64,000 nucleotides of DNA from a virus, in the IMG/VR virus record IMGVR_UViG_3300045988_141926, positions 380 to 64,379 of that record, one strand, 5' to 3'. Position 1 is the stretch's first letter, and each line of letters begins with the position of its first letter. Made by a program: the position numbers and the translations under genes. Below the pieces are notes generated by a model, which was not told where the DNA came from, made no database searches, and saw nothing but the letters and a program-made list of their open reading frames with translations. Shown here piece by piece: positions 38,068 through 47,400 of this stretch.

Positions 38068-38376
38068 ATGATTAACATTCGTTCTATCCGCAAGTTGGGC
38101 AACAATGACGGGCTGACGCTCAAACTGGGCAAAAAGGTAAACTACAAATCCGGTTGGCAGGTTGCCACTGAGGGCATCGAGTGTAAGACCGCACAAGAAG
38201 CCATTGACGCGGTGAGAGACTACGGCGGCAACTGTGGCGTGTGGTTCAGTGAGGGCGTGTATTACATCGACAAAAGCAAGCGCGTGGCGACAAAGCGTGA
38301 AGCTATGGAAATCGGCAAAGCGTGTAATCAAATTTCCGTGCTGAAATGGGCGACTATGACGCTTGCCTACTGCTAA
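38068..38376 (+). CDS. Hypothetical protein, 102 aa
   Basis: Promoter, SD AAGGAG, and terminator at 38383-38406. Confidence 0.55.
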   Translation: MINIRSIRKLGNNDGLTLKLGKKVNYKSGWQVATEGIECKTAQEAIDAVRDYGGNCGVWFSEGVYYIDKSKRVATKREAMEIGKACNQISVLKWATMTLAYC

Positions 38377-38486
38377 AATAATAGGGCGAAAGCCCTATTA
38401 TTTTTTGAAAAAATTTTGAAAAAGGTATTGACAAATCCCGAAATAGGTGCTATAATTAAACCATCAAAAGAGAGGAGCTAAACGCT

Positions 38487-38678
38487 ATGACAAACTTTGA
38501 ACAGTATCTCGAAAACCTGATGGGCATGAAGAAAGCGGAAATCATCAACGAGGGCATCACCTGGGGCATCTGGGCGAACACCGAGGGCAACAAAGCCGAG
38601 CTGATGAAATGGAAAAAAGTTCTGCTGGCGCGGTGTCTCGCCGATAGGCTGGAAAGGCTGGAAAGGCGGGGCTACTAA
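38487..38678 (+). CDS. Hypothetical protein, 63 aa
   Basis: Promoter, SD GAGGAG, and a terminator. Confidence 0.5.
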   Translation: MTNFEQYLENLMGMKKAEIINEGITWGIWANTEGNKAELMKWKKVLLARCLADRLERLERRGY

Positions 38679-38744
38679 GACAAGGGCGAAAGCCCTTGTT
38701 TTTTTTATATGGCATTATGCCCATAATTCGGTTGAAAATTTTGG

Positions 38745-38940
38745 TCATTTTGCCTATTGACATTCTGCCCCATTTGTGTTATACTCGGTCGCGCGTCCAC
38801 GGCCCTGATGCGCGGAAATTCCATTATACCACAGCCCAGCCAATTTGTCAAGCATTTTGTGTTCGGTATTTTCAACAATTTTTTATCCCGAAATTTGTGC
38901 AATTTGACGGTTGACAACGCCCAGTAGGTGTGCTATACTT
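38745..38940. promoter_or_regulatory. Convergent-promoter palindromic module, copy 1
   Basis: Rightward TTGACA-17-TATACT. GC hairpin. Leftward TTGACA-17-TATAAT on the minus strand (plus-strand attata-N17-tgtcaa). Third rightward promoter TTGACA-17-TATACT. Confidence 0.6.
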
Positions 38941-38968
38941 ATACTATCAATTAAAGGAGGTCATTCAA

Positions 38969-39145
38969 ATGGCTACTATCGCAATCCTCGCAATCCTCGC
39001 CCTCGCTGGCTTCGCTGGCGTTCAGTGTGTCGGCGGGTATATGGTCTATCGTCAGACGCACGACTGGCACTTCCTCGTTGGCTCTATCCTATATGGCGTT
39101 GCCTGTATCGGTCTGGTGCGCTTCGTGTTCAATATGGGATGGTAA
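38969..39145 (+). CDS. 58-aa membrane protein with two transmembrane segments
   Basis: SD AAAGGAGG. Confidence 0.5.
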   Translation: MATIAILAILALAGFAGVQCVGGYMVYRQTHDWHFLVGSILYGVACIGLVRFVFNMGW

Positions 39146-39146
39146 T

Positions 39147-39470
39147 ATGGAAAACTACACTATGTCGAACCATCTGACAGAGGAGCGGGCTAACCGGCTC
39201 GCCCTCTTACAGGAATATCTCGGATATTCCGACCGCGTGATGATTGAGGTCATCGACCAGCGACAGACCGCTCGACTGCGTTTGCTCTCGACTGGTATTA
39301 TCCTCGTGCTGGACTTATATGAGAATTTCATCATCACCGCATACCCCGCAACTTTTGAACGGGCTGTCGCTATATACAAGAGTGCTGGCAAAAACCGTCT
39401 GCCCCAGCAGTTGGTTAAGCGCATCCGCAAGAATGAGGAACGCCACCCGGAATTTTATGTGGTAAAGTAG
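39147..39470 (+). CDS. Hypothetical protein, 108 aa. The only TAG-terminated ORF in the GC-rich block
   Basis: ORF. A TGA lies 5 codons after the TAG. Confidence 0.5.
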   Translation: MENYTMSNHLTEERANRLALLQEYLGYSDRVMIEVIDQRQTARLRLLSTGIILVLDLYENFIITAYPATFERAVAIYKSAGKNRLPQQLVKRIRKNEERHPEFYVVK

Positions 39471-39541
39471 AAAATTGGGGCTTGACAACAAGCCCCATTT
39501 CTGCTATAATGAGTATAACAAAGCAAGGGAGGACGAAAAAA

Positions 39542-39868
39542 ATGTCTGATGTAATTATCGCTGGTCTGCTTATGGCTGGTCTGATGGGTCTGCCTGTTGG
39601 TCTGATTATCGCCATTAGCCGCGACCACTGGTGGAGTAAGGTACTGGCTCTCATTATTTCCTGTGCTATCTTCTTCGGCTTCGGCTGTGCGTTCGGGCAA
39701 GAGAGTGTCAATGACCGCGACACATTTAACAACGGTGTATGTGTCAAGTGTGGTGGCGAATATCGTTTCAGTTCCTCTACTCGCTACCGTATGAGCGAAA
39801 CATTTTACTACACCTGTCAAGACTGCGGTTGGACAATCGAAACCAACTGCTTGATGAACAAAAATTAA
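39542..39868 (+). CDS. Membrane-anchored Zn-ribbon protein, 109 aa
   Basis: N-terminal transmembrane segment, CxxC-N25-CxxC. The promoter's -35 lies in a terminator loop. Confidence 0.5.
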   Translation: MSDVIIAGLLMAGLMGLPVGLIIAISRDHWWSKVLALIISCAIFFGFGCAFGQESVNDRDTFNNGVCVKCGGEYRFSSSTRYRMSETFYYTCQDCGWTIETNCLMNKN

Positions 39869-39937
39869 GATAGGGGCTTGACAAACAAGCCCTTATCTGT
39901 TATAATAGATAATACCAAGAGAAAGGAGAATATCAAA

Positions 39938-40168
39938 ATGGAATTTATTGAGTCCCCTATCTATGTCAAGTTGAGTGATGAAGAGCGCAATTCACTCCAT
40001 GAGGTTTATGTCATTCTGAATGACCTTGTAAACGCCGCCGAAGAGAATGACTGCGAGTATGTGGGCAATCCGTTGACTGGTGATGGCTATGGGCGGTTTG
40101 ATGTGAGCCAAGCCGCTGAAATTTGCCGAGTGTTCGCACCTGCTGAAAAGTTAGAAATCAGTAATTAA
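39938..40168 (+). CDS. Hypothetical protein, 76 aa (paralog A)
   Basis: Promoter and SD. Confidence 0.5.
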   Translation: MEFIESPIYVKLSDEERNSLHEVYVILNDLVNAAEENDCEYVGNPLTGDGYGRFDVSQAAEICRVFAPAEKLEISN

Positions 40169-40182
40169 AGGAGGGAAACAAA

Positions 40183-40410
40183 ATGGAAGTTATTAAAGCC
40201 CCCATCTATGTCAAAATGACAGAGAAAGAGCGGAAAACCCTGCGCGATGCCTATGACATTCTGAATGAATTGTATAACGTCATCGCCGATAATGACTGCG
40301 ACTATGTGGGCGATACTTGCGGGAATACCTATGACAGAGTGGACGTCGCGCTTACGGCGAATGTGCTTCAAATGCTTGCCCCCACTGAAAAAGTGGAAAT
40401 CGGTAAATAA
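40183..40410 (+). CDS. Hypothetical protein, 75 aa (tandem paralog B)
   Basis: About 45% identical to the 39938 product. Confidence 0.5.
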   Translation: MEVIKAPIYVKMTEKERKTLRDAYDILNELYNVIADNDCDYVGDTCGNTYDRVDVALTANVLQMLAPTEKVEIGK

Positions 40411-40498
40411 AAAAATGTGGGAGAAATCCCACATTTTTTATTGACAACAACCAGTAGGTGTGCTATAATGTAGACAATGAAACAAGGAGGTAAAAACA

Positions 40499-40705
40499 AT
40501 GACTGCATTTGAAATTCGAGAGGAACTGGCGAACCGCTACAATTTAGAAATCCGCAATGTCTGCTGTTATCACTGTCAATACTGGGGCTATAACTGCGGT
40601 AAGGTGCTGAACTCTCAGTGTGAGAGCCGATGCACCAAGAGAATGAAAGACTGGACGTGGGCAAGCCAGTATTGCCGTGGCTTCGTTCCGAAATCGGGAA
40701 AGTAA
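40499..40705 (+). CDS. Cys-rich protein, 68 aa
   Basis: Promoter and SD. Confidence 0.45.
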   Translation: MTAFEIREELANRYNLEIRNVCCYHCQYWGYNCGKVLNSQCESRCTKRMKDWTWASQYCRGFVPKSGK

Positions 40706-40729
40706 ATCAAATAAAAAGGAGATACACTT

Positions 40730-40978
40730 ATGAAAATCATTCTCATTATTTACATCATTGGTATTGTTCTCTACTGGCTGGGTATCGCAAGCATCATTTC
40801 GACTATGAAGAAAAACAAGGAACAGGCGCAAGAAGTATTCAAGAACCGGGGTGAAAGCAAGCGCAGTCCGTTCTCTAACTGGTTGACCGTTATCACCGGC
40901 TCAATCATTCCGATTTTTCATTACGCCGTAGCATTCCTCTACATTTTCAAACCGGATTTTATTTTTGAAAAGGAATAA
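40730..40978 (+). CDS. Membrane protein, 82 aa
   Basis: Two hydrophobic segments. Confidence 0.45.
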   Translation: MKIILIIYIIGIVLYWLGIASIISTMKKNKEQAQEVFKNRGESKRSPFSNWLTVITGSIIPIFHYAVAFLYIFKPDFIFEKE

Positions 40979-41034
40979 AAATCATTTGGGCTGGATGAAC
41001 AAAAATCCAGCCCAATTTTTGTATAATTTTCCAC

Positions 41035-41170
41035 TTGACATTTTCGGCCGCGCGCTCACGAATGTGGCGCCCGGCATTTTTGTCAATAGGTATACTTCAC
41101 AAATTTTTCGCCGCAATTTTGTGCATTTTGACGATTGACTTCTATCCCGTAATGTAGTACAATGGCTATA
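41035..41170. promoter_or_regulatory. Degenerate copy of the convergent-promoter module (copy 2)
   Basis: Retains the GC hairpin, the leftward -35 tgtcaa and the third promoter (TTGACT-17-TACAAT). Palindrome arms are lost. Confidence 0.4.
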
Positions 41171-41192
41171 CTGAAACAAGGAGGTATGTATT

Positions 41193-41411
41193 ATGGATTT
41201 AAAGCAAGCGTATCAGGCGGTTTTCGCAGACCTGCGTGAATGCCCTATGTTCCACGGGCGGTATGACGCCATCAATGGCAATCCCTACTTTATGTCCGGC
41301 ATTGAGACGGTTATGGAGGTAATCGCCAATCGCGCCTATGATGATGATTTTGCCGAGAAGTTCTCCAATGAATTTACTGACAATATGTTAAGGAGTAGAG
41401 AAAGTGTTTAA
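41193..41411 (+). CDS. Hypothetical protein, 72 aa
   Basis: ORF with an SD. Confidence 0.5.
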   Translation: MDLKQAYQAVFADLRECPMFHGRYDAINGNPYFMSGIETVMEVIANRAYDDDFAEKFSNEFTDNMLRSRESV

Positions 41412-41580
41412 TATTGTATTGGCACTAATCGCCGTAGGCGGGTGCGCGTGGGCGATTATCCGCTCTATTCTCTGGCGAAATGAAAAATACCTATCCACCG
41501 AGGAGCAAATCCGCGAAATGATGGATGAAACGTCTATTTCCACTGAAACGCTGTGGAATCTGTTTGACAGACTAAACTGA
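41404..41580 (+). CDS. Membrane-anchored 58-aa protein (GTG start)
   Basis: Overlaps the upstream stop. Confidence 0.3.
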   Translation: MFNIVLALIAVGGCAWAIIRSILWRNEKYLSTEEQIREMMDETSISTETLWNLFDRLN

Positions 41581-41594
41581 AAGGAGTAAGAACA

Positions 41595-41966
41595 ATGTTT
41601 GATTTTCAGAAACTGACGCTCAAAAAATGGGCGCGCAATTTCCTCATTCTGTGTGGTTTTATCCTGCTGGTGTATGGTATGTTCAAATCCACATTCGTGC
41701 TGTATGCGGCTGTCGCCATTCTGACCCTGACTATCGCGGGCGCGTGCGCGTATACTCTGATAAGTTCTATCCGCTGGGATTGGCGGTTGCGTGGCAAGCT
41801 GACAGAGGACGAGTATAAGGCATACCAATCCTGTGATAGATGGTTTGGTTTTCAAGATGATAAATACCTGCCGACTGATGAACAAATTGTATGGATGGCT
41901 GAAAACACAAACAATTCCTGTGATACCTTATGGAGTATGTATAATAAACTGACAGAGGGGCATTAA
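41595..41966 (+). CDS. Membrane protein, 123 aa
   Basis: SD GGAG, two transmembrane segments, and a terminator. Confidence 0.5.
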   Translation: MFDFQKLTLKKWARNFLILCGFILLVYGMFKSTFVLYAAVAILTLTIAGACAYTLISSIRWDWRLRGKLTEDEYKAYQSCDRWFGFQDDKYLPTDEQIVWMAENTNNSCDTLWSMYNKLTEGH

Positions 41967-42112
41967 CGCCCCTCTTGTCAGATTTAGTTCTGACTAACTG
42001 CACGGAACAAAAAACTAATCCTGTGAGAATTTAACTACGGCAAAAATTTTTCTTGACATTTTCAAATAAATGTGGTAGTATTATAATAGAAATTAAGAAA
42101 GGAATTGATACT

Positions 42113-42313
42113 ATGAACATCCCCTCTAAGCTGAAACAAGTTGCTAATGAGTTGGAGCAACTGTCCATCGAAATCGCCGCAGAAAAGAAAAACCTGTCCA
42201 ATAGCGAGGACAAGCAAGCCGCTCAAAATTTGAGTGATGATTTGTTTGAAATCCAGTCTCACCTGCGCACATCTATGTACTGGCTGGCGGAAGCTATGTT
42301 CGGGGAGGATTGA
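42113..42313 (+). CDS. Hypothetical protein, 66 aa
   Basis: TTGACA promoter, SD. Confidence 0.5.
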   Translation: MNIPSKLKQVANELEQLSIEIAAEKKNLSNSEDKQAAQNLSDDLFEIQSHLRTSMYWLAEAMFGED

Positions 42314-42789
42314 TGACTATGAACGCAATTATCCTATTCATTGTCTGCACCGCTGTGAATGTGGTGCTGTCCACCATCAAATCCATTCTCACGGTCAAGG
42401 GCAACAAGTGGGTAGCCGCTGGTATCAATGCGCTGACCTATGGCTTCTATTCCTATGTCATTATCCTGACCAACATTGACGGCGTTTCTACGCTGGCAAA
42501 GATGGGCATTACCGCCGCCTGTAATTTCATCGGCGTGCTGGCGGTCAAATGGGTGGAGGAGTTGGCGCGCAAGGAAAAATTGTGGAAGATTGAAATGACT
42601 GTCCCCACAAAGTATCGTGCCGCTGTTGATTTTGACCTGCGAGACATTCCCCACTCATACATTGAGATTAGCAACAAACACACGTTATTCAATTTCTATT
42701 GTGCCACGCAAGCCGAGAGCAAAAAGGTCAAGGACATTGTGGCGCAGTATGGCGCAAAATATTTCGTAGCAGAAAGCAAAAATCTGTAA
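42310..42789 (+). CDS. Membrane protein, 159 aa
   Basis: Four predicted transmembrane segments and a soluble C-terminus. Confidence 0.5.
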   Translation: MMTMNAIILFIVCTAVNVVLSTIKSILTVKGNKWVAAGINALTYGFYSYVIILTNIDGVSTLAKMGITAACNFIGVLAVKWVEELARKEKLWKIEMTVPTKYRAAVDFDLRDIPHSYIEISNKHTLFNFYCATQAESKKVKDIVAQYGAKYFVAESKNL

Positions 42790-42855
42790 AATAGGGGTTG
42801 ACAAATCAGCCCCTCTGTGTTAGAATGGTATCATCAAATAAGGGAGGACAACAAA

Positions 42856-43005
42856 ATGGAAATGATTAAAGTTTTCAATGACCACACTGGCGAAATCCTT
42901 GAAAAGACGTTCGTAGACCCCGCGGACGCGGACGACTTCGAGTTCATTCTCGACTTCCTTGAAGCGAGATACGAACGCTACCACAACGGCGAACAAATCT
43001 ACTAA
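42856..43005 (+). CDS. Hypothetical protein, 49 aa
   Basis: The promoter's -35 lies in a terminator loop. SD AGGGAGG. Confidence 0.4.
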   Translation: MEMIKVFNDHTGEILEKTFVDPADADDFEFILDFLEARYERYHNGEQIY

Positions 43006-43018
43006 GGAGGGCGCGACA

Positions 43019-43216
43019 ATGGAAATCAAAGATGTGTACTACAATGTTGAGTGGTGGGGCATAACCACTTGGGGCGAACGCTTCACTAATAGCGAGTGGT
43101 TCAAGGACGAAAACGAAACTCTGTCGTTCATCGCAAATGACCTGGCAAATGACCCGCTTGTTCGTGGAGCAACCTTCACCACACACAAAACCATCGTATT
43201 TAAGAGAGGTGAATAA
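43019..43216 (+). CDS. Hypothetical protein, 65 aa
   Basis: SD GGAGG. Confidence 0.45.
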   Translation: MEIKDVYYNVEWWGITTWGERFTNSEWFKDENETLSFIANDLANDPLVRGATFTTHKTIVFKRGE

Positions 43217-43217
43217 A

Positions 43218-43427
43218 ATGATTACTATTCTGATAATGGTTATTGCCCTTGGCATTTCGTTCCTGTTTACTGCTGGGCTGGTCTGGCTTCTCTGCTGGCT
43301 TCTCCCTATGATTGGCATCGCGTCCATCGGCTCTATCGCCATCGTGTTTTCGTGGAAACTGGCGTTGGTCATTTGGCTCATTATCGCACTCCTACGCTCT
43401 ATTTTCAGCATCACTGTCAAGAAGTAA
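43218..43427 (+). CDS. Membrane protein, 69 aa
   Basis: Hydrophobic. Confidence 0.45.
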   Translation: MITILIMVIALGISFLFTAGLVWLLCWLLPMIGIASIGSIAIVFSWKLALVIWLIIALLRSIFSITVKK

Positions 43428-43469
43428 TAATTGAAAAATCTCCCAAATTTAGGAGATTTTTTTTGTTCA

Positions 43470-43690
43470 TTTTACCTATTGACAAACGCCCCTATTTGTG
43501 CTATACTCAGCCGAGCGCCCACGGTCCTGGCGCTCGAAATTTCCATTATACACCCTGCCAGCAATTTTGTCAATAGGTAAATTGAACAAATTTGACCAAA
43601 CACACATCCCGAAAGTTTGTGCAAAATAACCAACGAAAATTTGACAATTCTAAAAATTTTTTGTATAATAATGTCAATGACATAGATGGG
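43470..43690. promoter_or_regulatory. Convergent-promoter palindromic module, copy 3
   Basis: Same architecture with an 8-bp GC stem. Confidence 0.6.
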
Positions 43691-43704
43691 AGGATGGTCT
43701 AAAA

Positions 43705-44448
43705 ATGGACTATTACGTTTACATAACAACAAATAAAATTAACGGCAAACAATACATTGGGTAGCACAAAGGACGCCCAGACGATAACTATTTAGGTAGT
43801 GGAACAACTATACTAAAAGCAATCAGCAAGTATGGCAAGGAGAATTTTACTAAAAGTGTTTTGTGTTTTTGTGAAACAAGAGAAGAAGCCGACGCAAAAG
43901 AACGAGAATACATCCAATTATACAACGCAGTAAATGATGATAATTTTTATAATAATGCGGAAGGTGGCACAGGTGGAGACGGCTGGCGCAGTTGTCAAAG
44001 ATGGCTGGAACAACATCCAGAAGAAGCGCAAGCCATGTATAAACGAAATGGGGAACATTTGCGGAAATGGTGTGATACTCATCCAGAAGAATACAAAGAA
44101 AAATGTATTAAGCCAATGTTAGAAGCAAGTCATAAGCGATTAAAAGAAAATCCTGAACTCGTTAAACAACAAGTAATAAGATTAAATCAGGCAAAAGAAA
44201 AATGGCAACAAGAACATCCAGAAGAGCACCAAGCACAAGTAAATGAATGGCGAAAGGCTGGAAGTATTGCTAATAGTAAAGCAGTAATTTGTTTAACTAC
44301 TAATCGTGTATTTGAGTCTCAATCAGCGGCGGCTCGATACTATGGCGTTCCACAAAGCAACATTAGTAAATGTTTGAAAGGAGAGCGTAAAAGCGCGGGA
44401 GTAGACCCTGATACGGGTGAAAAATTATTTTGGGAATTTGTAAAATAA
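43705..44448 (+). CDS. GIY-YIG homing endonuclease with a NUMOD-like C-terminal helix-turn-helix. In-frame TAG at ~43762
   Basis: YVYITTNKINGKQYIG-TAG-HKG matches the GIY-YIG motif. C-terminal region ...QSNISKCLKGERKSAG. Confidence 0.7.
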
Positions 44449-44512
44449 CTCTTGACAAATAGGAGAATAGGCGTTATAATGTAGATACAATAAAACGAAG
44501 GAGACAAAAAGT

Positions 44513-44959
44513 ATGACTATTTACCTCGATCTCGATGGGACGGTGATTGATTTTTACGGCGTCCCCAACTGGTTGGAGTGCCTCGAAGCACAGGACAGCA
44601 CACCATATCGTGTGGCAAAGCCCCTTGTGCATCTGTCCACCCTCGCCCGCTATCTGAACCGCTTACAGGCGCGGGGCTACAATATCGGCATCATCAGTTG
44701 GCTGTCCAAGAGCGGAACGGATAAGTTCAACGCCGAAGTAGCCGAGGTCAAGCGGGAATGGCTGGCAAAGCATCTCCCCAGCGTTCAGTGGGACGAAATC
44801 CATATTGTCCCCTATGGCGTCCCCAAGTCCAACTGTGCGACCTGCCCCAACGCGATTTTGTTCGATGATGAACAGCGAAATCTCAATGAGTGGACGGCAA
44901 ACACCCACAATATGGCATACAACGCCAACCTGCTTATGGAAATCCTGCGAAACCTGTAA
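44513..44959 (+). CDS. HAD-superfamily 5'-nucleotidase-like phosphatase, 148 aa
   Basis: DLDGTV motif I and a C-terminal FDDE. Confidence 0.55.
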   Translation: MTIYLDLDGTVIDFYGVPNWLECLEAQDSTPYRVAKPLVHLSTLARYLNRLQARGYNIGIISWLSKSGTDKFNAEVAEVKREWLAKHLPSVQWDEIHIVPYGVPKSNCATCPNAILFDDEQRNLNEWTANTHNMAYNANLLMEILRNL

Positions 44960-45071
44960 AAAAAATAGCAAATAGGGGTTGACAATCTCACCCCTATTTG
45001 CTATAATATGTAATGTAATTAAGGTATGGGACACGATGGTAAACCCAACCAAGAGAAAAGGAGAATGAACA

Positions 45072-45728
45072 ATGAAAAATATCTACTGCACGCTGGACAC
45101 TGAAACGGTAGGCGGCGCGGCTCACCCCACGGGAATGTATAATGTGGGCGCGATTATCCACGACCGCAAGGGCGAAATCCTTGCCACCACTTCCCTGCTG
45201 GTGATGGAGCATTATGACGAAATCGCCACCGATGGCTATGCCAAGAAGAATTTTCCGGTATATGCCGAACGGCTCAAAGCTGGTGAAATCTCCGCTATCG
45301 CCACGGAGCGCGAAGCCTATGAGGTAATCAAAAACCTGTGCGACCATTACGGCGTTCGCTATGTGATGGCATACAATTCCGGTTTTGACTTCTGCAAGAC
45401 CTGTTTCCGCGACCTGCTGGACACTTTCGAGTTCATCGACCTGTATCTCATGGCACTGGAAACTATCACCCACAAAAAGTCCTATGCGGACTATTGCCGA
45501 GAAAATGGCAAGCGTTCCAAGAATGGCAAGACCTGTGCAACCTCTGTCGAAGCGGTGTATGGTTATCTCCACGGCAATCCTGACTTTGAGGAAGAACACA
45601 CCGCCCTGTCTGACGCTATGCAGGAAATGGAAATTTTCCTTGCTTGTCAGAAGATGCACAAGCGATACACCAAGAACGTCCACGCATGGGACGCGCCCTT
45701 TGAGGTAAAATGTTTTCCCAAGTTTTGA
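45072..45728 (+). CDS. DnaQ-like (DEDDh) 3'-5' exonuclease, 218 aa
   Basis: Exo I LDTET, Exo II YNSGFD, Exo III HTALSDA. Confidence 0.65.
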   Translation: MKNIYCTLDTETVGGAAHPTGMYNVGAIIHDRKGEILATTSLLVMEHYDEIATDGYAKKNFPVYAERLKAGEISAIATEREAYEVIKNLCDHYGVRYVMAYNSGFDFCKTCFRDLLDTFEFIDLYLMALETITHKKSYADYCRENGKRSKNGKTCATSVEAVYGYLHGNPDFEEEHTALSDAMQEMEIFLACQKMHKRYTKNVHAWDAPFEVKCFPKF

Positions 45729-45795
45729 GATTGGGGCTTGACAGCCCCTTTCTCATGTGGTATAATGGCTATACTAAGACAAGGAGGTAAGCGAA

Positions 45796-46008
45796 ATGCC
45801 TAAGCAGGTTCTTTTCAAGAGCGACCATTCAGATGGCGTTCAGGCAGGTATTCAGGTAGATAATGGAAATGTTATCTGTGCCTGTTGTGGTGGAGTATTC
45901 GAGGGCGAGGAGACTACCATTCTCCACGAGTTCGACTATTGGGTTGACTTTTCCGAATGGATTGGCGACCCTGACCTGACTGAATACCGCAAGCACGACA
46001 CCCCGTAA
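45796..46008 (+). CDS. Hypothetical protein, 70 aa
   Basis: Promoter, SD. Confidence 0.5.
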   Translation: MPKQVLFKSDHSDGVQAGIQVDNGNVICACCGGVFEGEETTILHEFDYWVDFSEWIGDPDLTEYRKHDTP

Positions 46009-46122
46009 AAAAAGTTTGGAATGGGGGTTGACAACGCCCCCATTCCATGCTATAATAACATTACAAATTCAAGGTAGGGGAAACGATGGTAAGCCCCACC
46101 AATAGAAAAGGAGAAAAAAACT

Positions 46123-46656
46123 ATGAAAGCTCGCTATGCTAACCTCAGAAATTTCAACCGCACGGTCAAGACCTACAAGTGGCTGGTAGACCTGTTCGGA
46201 AACAAGGAGTTCACTTCCGAGGACTTCTCCAAGGCAAAGCACGACTACCGGCGGTACACCTACAATTCCCTGTCGTTCCTGCGGGATGAGGGTATCATCA
46301 AGGTGGTACGCACCGAACAGACCACCAAGGAAATCAAGCTCGACCCGTGGGACGCGGAAAGCTGGATGATTGACAAGAATGGCAACGCCCTGATGACCGA
46401 GTACAACTGGATGCGTTTGCCGGAAGTGGCACAGTCCGCTCTGCTGGCTCTGAATGGTCAGGACTTCCGCGTTGAGCGCAAGGACACCAAGACCGTGGAA
46501 AAGGAGAAGCTTATTTACACGGTCAATCCCGCTGGTATGTTGAACTGGCGCAAGGGCTATGGGCGTCTGTTGGCTATGAGAGCTGACGCGCTGGCGGGCG
46601 AAATCGTCAGACTGAACGAAAAGCGGGACGCATTCCTTGCTTGTCAGATGGACTAA
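46123..46656 (+). CDS. Hypothetical protein, 177 aa
   Basis: Conserved structured leader. Confidence 0.55.
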   Translation: MKARYANLRNFNRTVKTYKWLVDLFGNKEFTSEDFSKAKHDYRRYTYNSLSFLRDEGIIKVVRTEQTTKEIKLDPWDAESWMIDKNGNALMTEYNWMRLPEVAQSALLALNGQDFRVERKDTKTVEKEKLIYTVNPAGMLNWRKGYGRLLAMRADALAGEIVRLNEKRDAFLACQMD

Positions 46657-46689
46657 AAAAATGAGGGGATTTTCCCCTCATTTTTTGTG

Positions 46690-46885
46690 CATTTTTACCT
46701 ATTGACAAATGCGCCTGGGTGTGGTATAATGGCCGGCCGATTTCGCGCGTCTCGGCCGGAATTCACCATTATACACCCCGTCAGCAATTTTGTCAAGAGT
46801 TTTTTTACACAAATTTTTTTATTTATTTTTCCCGAAACTTGTGCAGTCTGACTATTGCAATCTGCGCTCACCTATGGTACAATAC
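46690..46885. promoter_or_regulatory. Convergent-promoter palindromic module, copy 4
   Basis: TTGACA-17-TATAAT, GC hairpin with an 8-bp stem, leftward attata-N17-tgtcaa, third promoter. Confidence 0.6.
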
Positions 46886-46985
46886 ATAATGTCAAGAGGG
46901 GACAGCAAGTTGCTTCTCGGGGGAGCCACGCTGGCGGGTGTGATAACTCGGTAACTGACCCGCATTTCCCCTCTTGACAATCTTC
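46886..46985 (+). ncRNA. Small non-coding transcript 1
   Basis: The 5' GUCAAGAGGGGA pairs with a 3' UCCCCUCUUGAC. The 3' arm is the next promoter's -35. Confidence 0.45.
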
Positions 46986-47007
46986 GTCAAAGGTGCTATA
47001 ATGGGTA

Positions 47008-47100
47008 GTGTCAAGAGGGGAACGGCACGGCAGATGCGTCTAATGTGTCGCTTGTGTAGACAGGTTTCAGAAATTTGAAAAAATTTCAAAAAACCTCTTG
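47008..47100 (+). ncRNA. Small non-coding transcript 2
   Basis: Same 5' motif. Closing stem caagagg/cctcttg. Confidence 0.45.
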
Positions 47101-47138
47101 ACAATCCCCAGCACCCGTGCTATAATTGATAATGTCAA

Positions 47139-47400
47139 GAGGGGAACAGCCCCACCCAAGAAATCCGCGGGTCGCGAACCGTGCGAGAGTAAAGGAAGTA
47201 AGCCCTATACCAGCGCAGTAAAGCCTGAGCATGGAGCGGAAAGTGAGCAATTTGTGAGCAAGGTACAGACCGGAACTTCTAACCGGACTGCGACGCAATA
47301 ACATGGCAATACTCTTATCCGTATTCCGGGGTTGTAAGTCGTTGTGAATACTTGTGGAGCGTTCCCCTGTTGGCACTATCAAAAAAAATCAAGAATTTTG
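47139..47400 (+). ncRNA. ~260-nt non-coding transcript 3
   Basis: Same 5' motif. 3' GUUCCCC complement, then an A-run. No SD-preceded ORF. Confidence 0.4.

Noticed and set aside
47139-47400. Possible suppressor tRNA (CUA anticodon) near ccggaacttctaaccgg and in the 49265-49612 RNA
   Set aside because: No acceptor, D-arm or T-arm cloverleaf can be built. There is no GTTCRANYC T-loop and the stems mis-pair. The suppressor is probably encoded outside the window.
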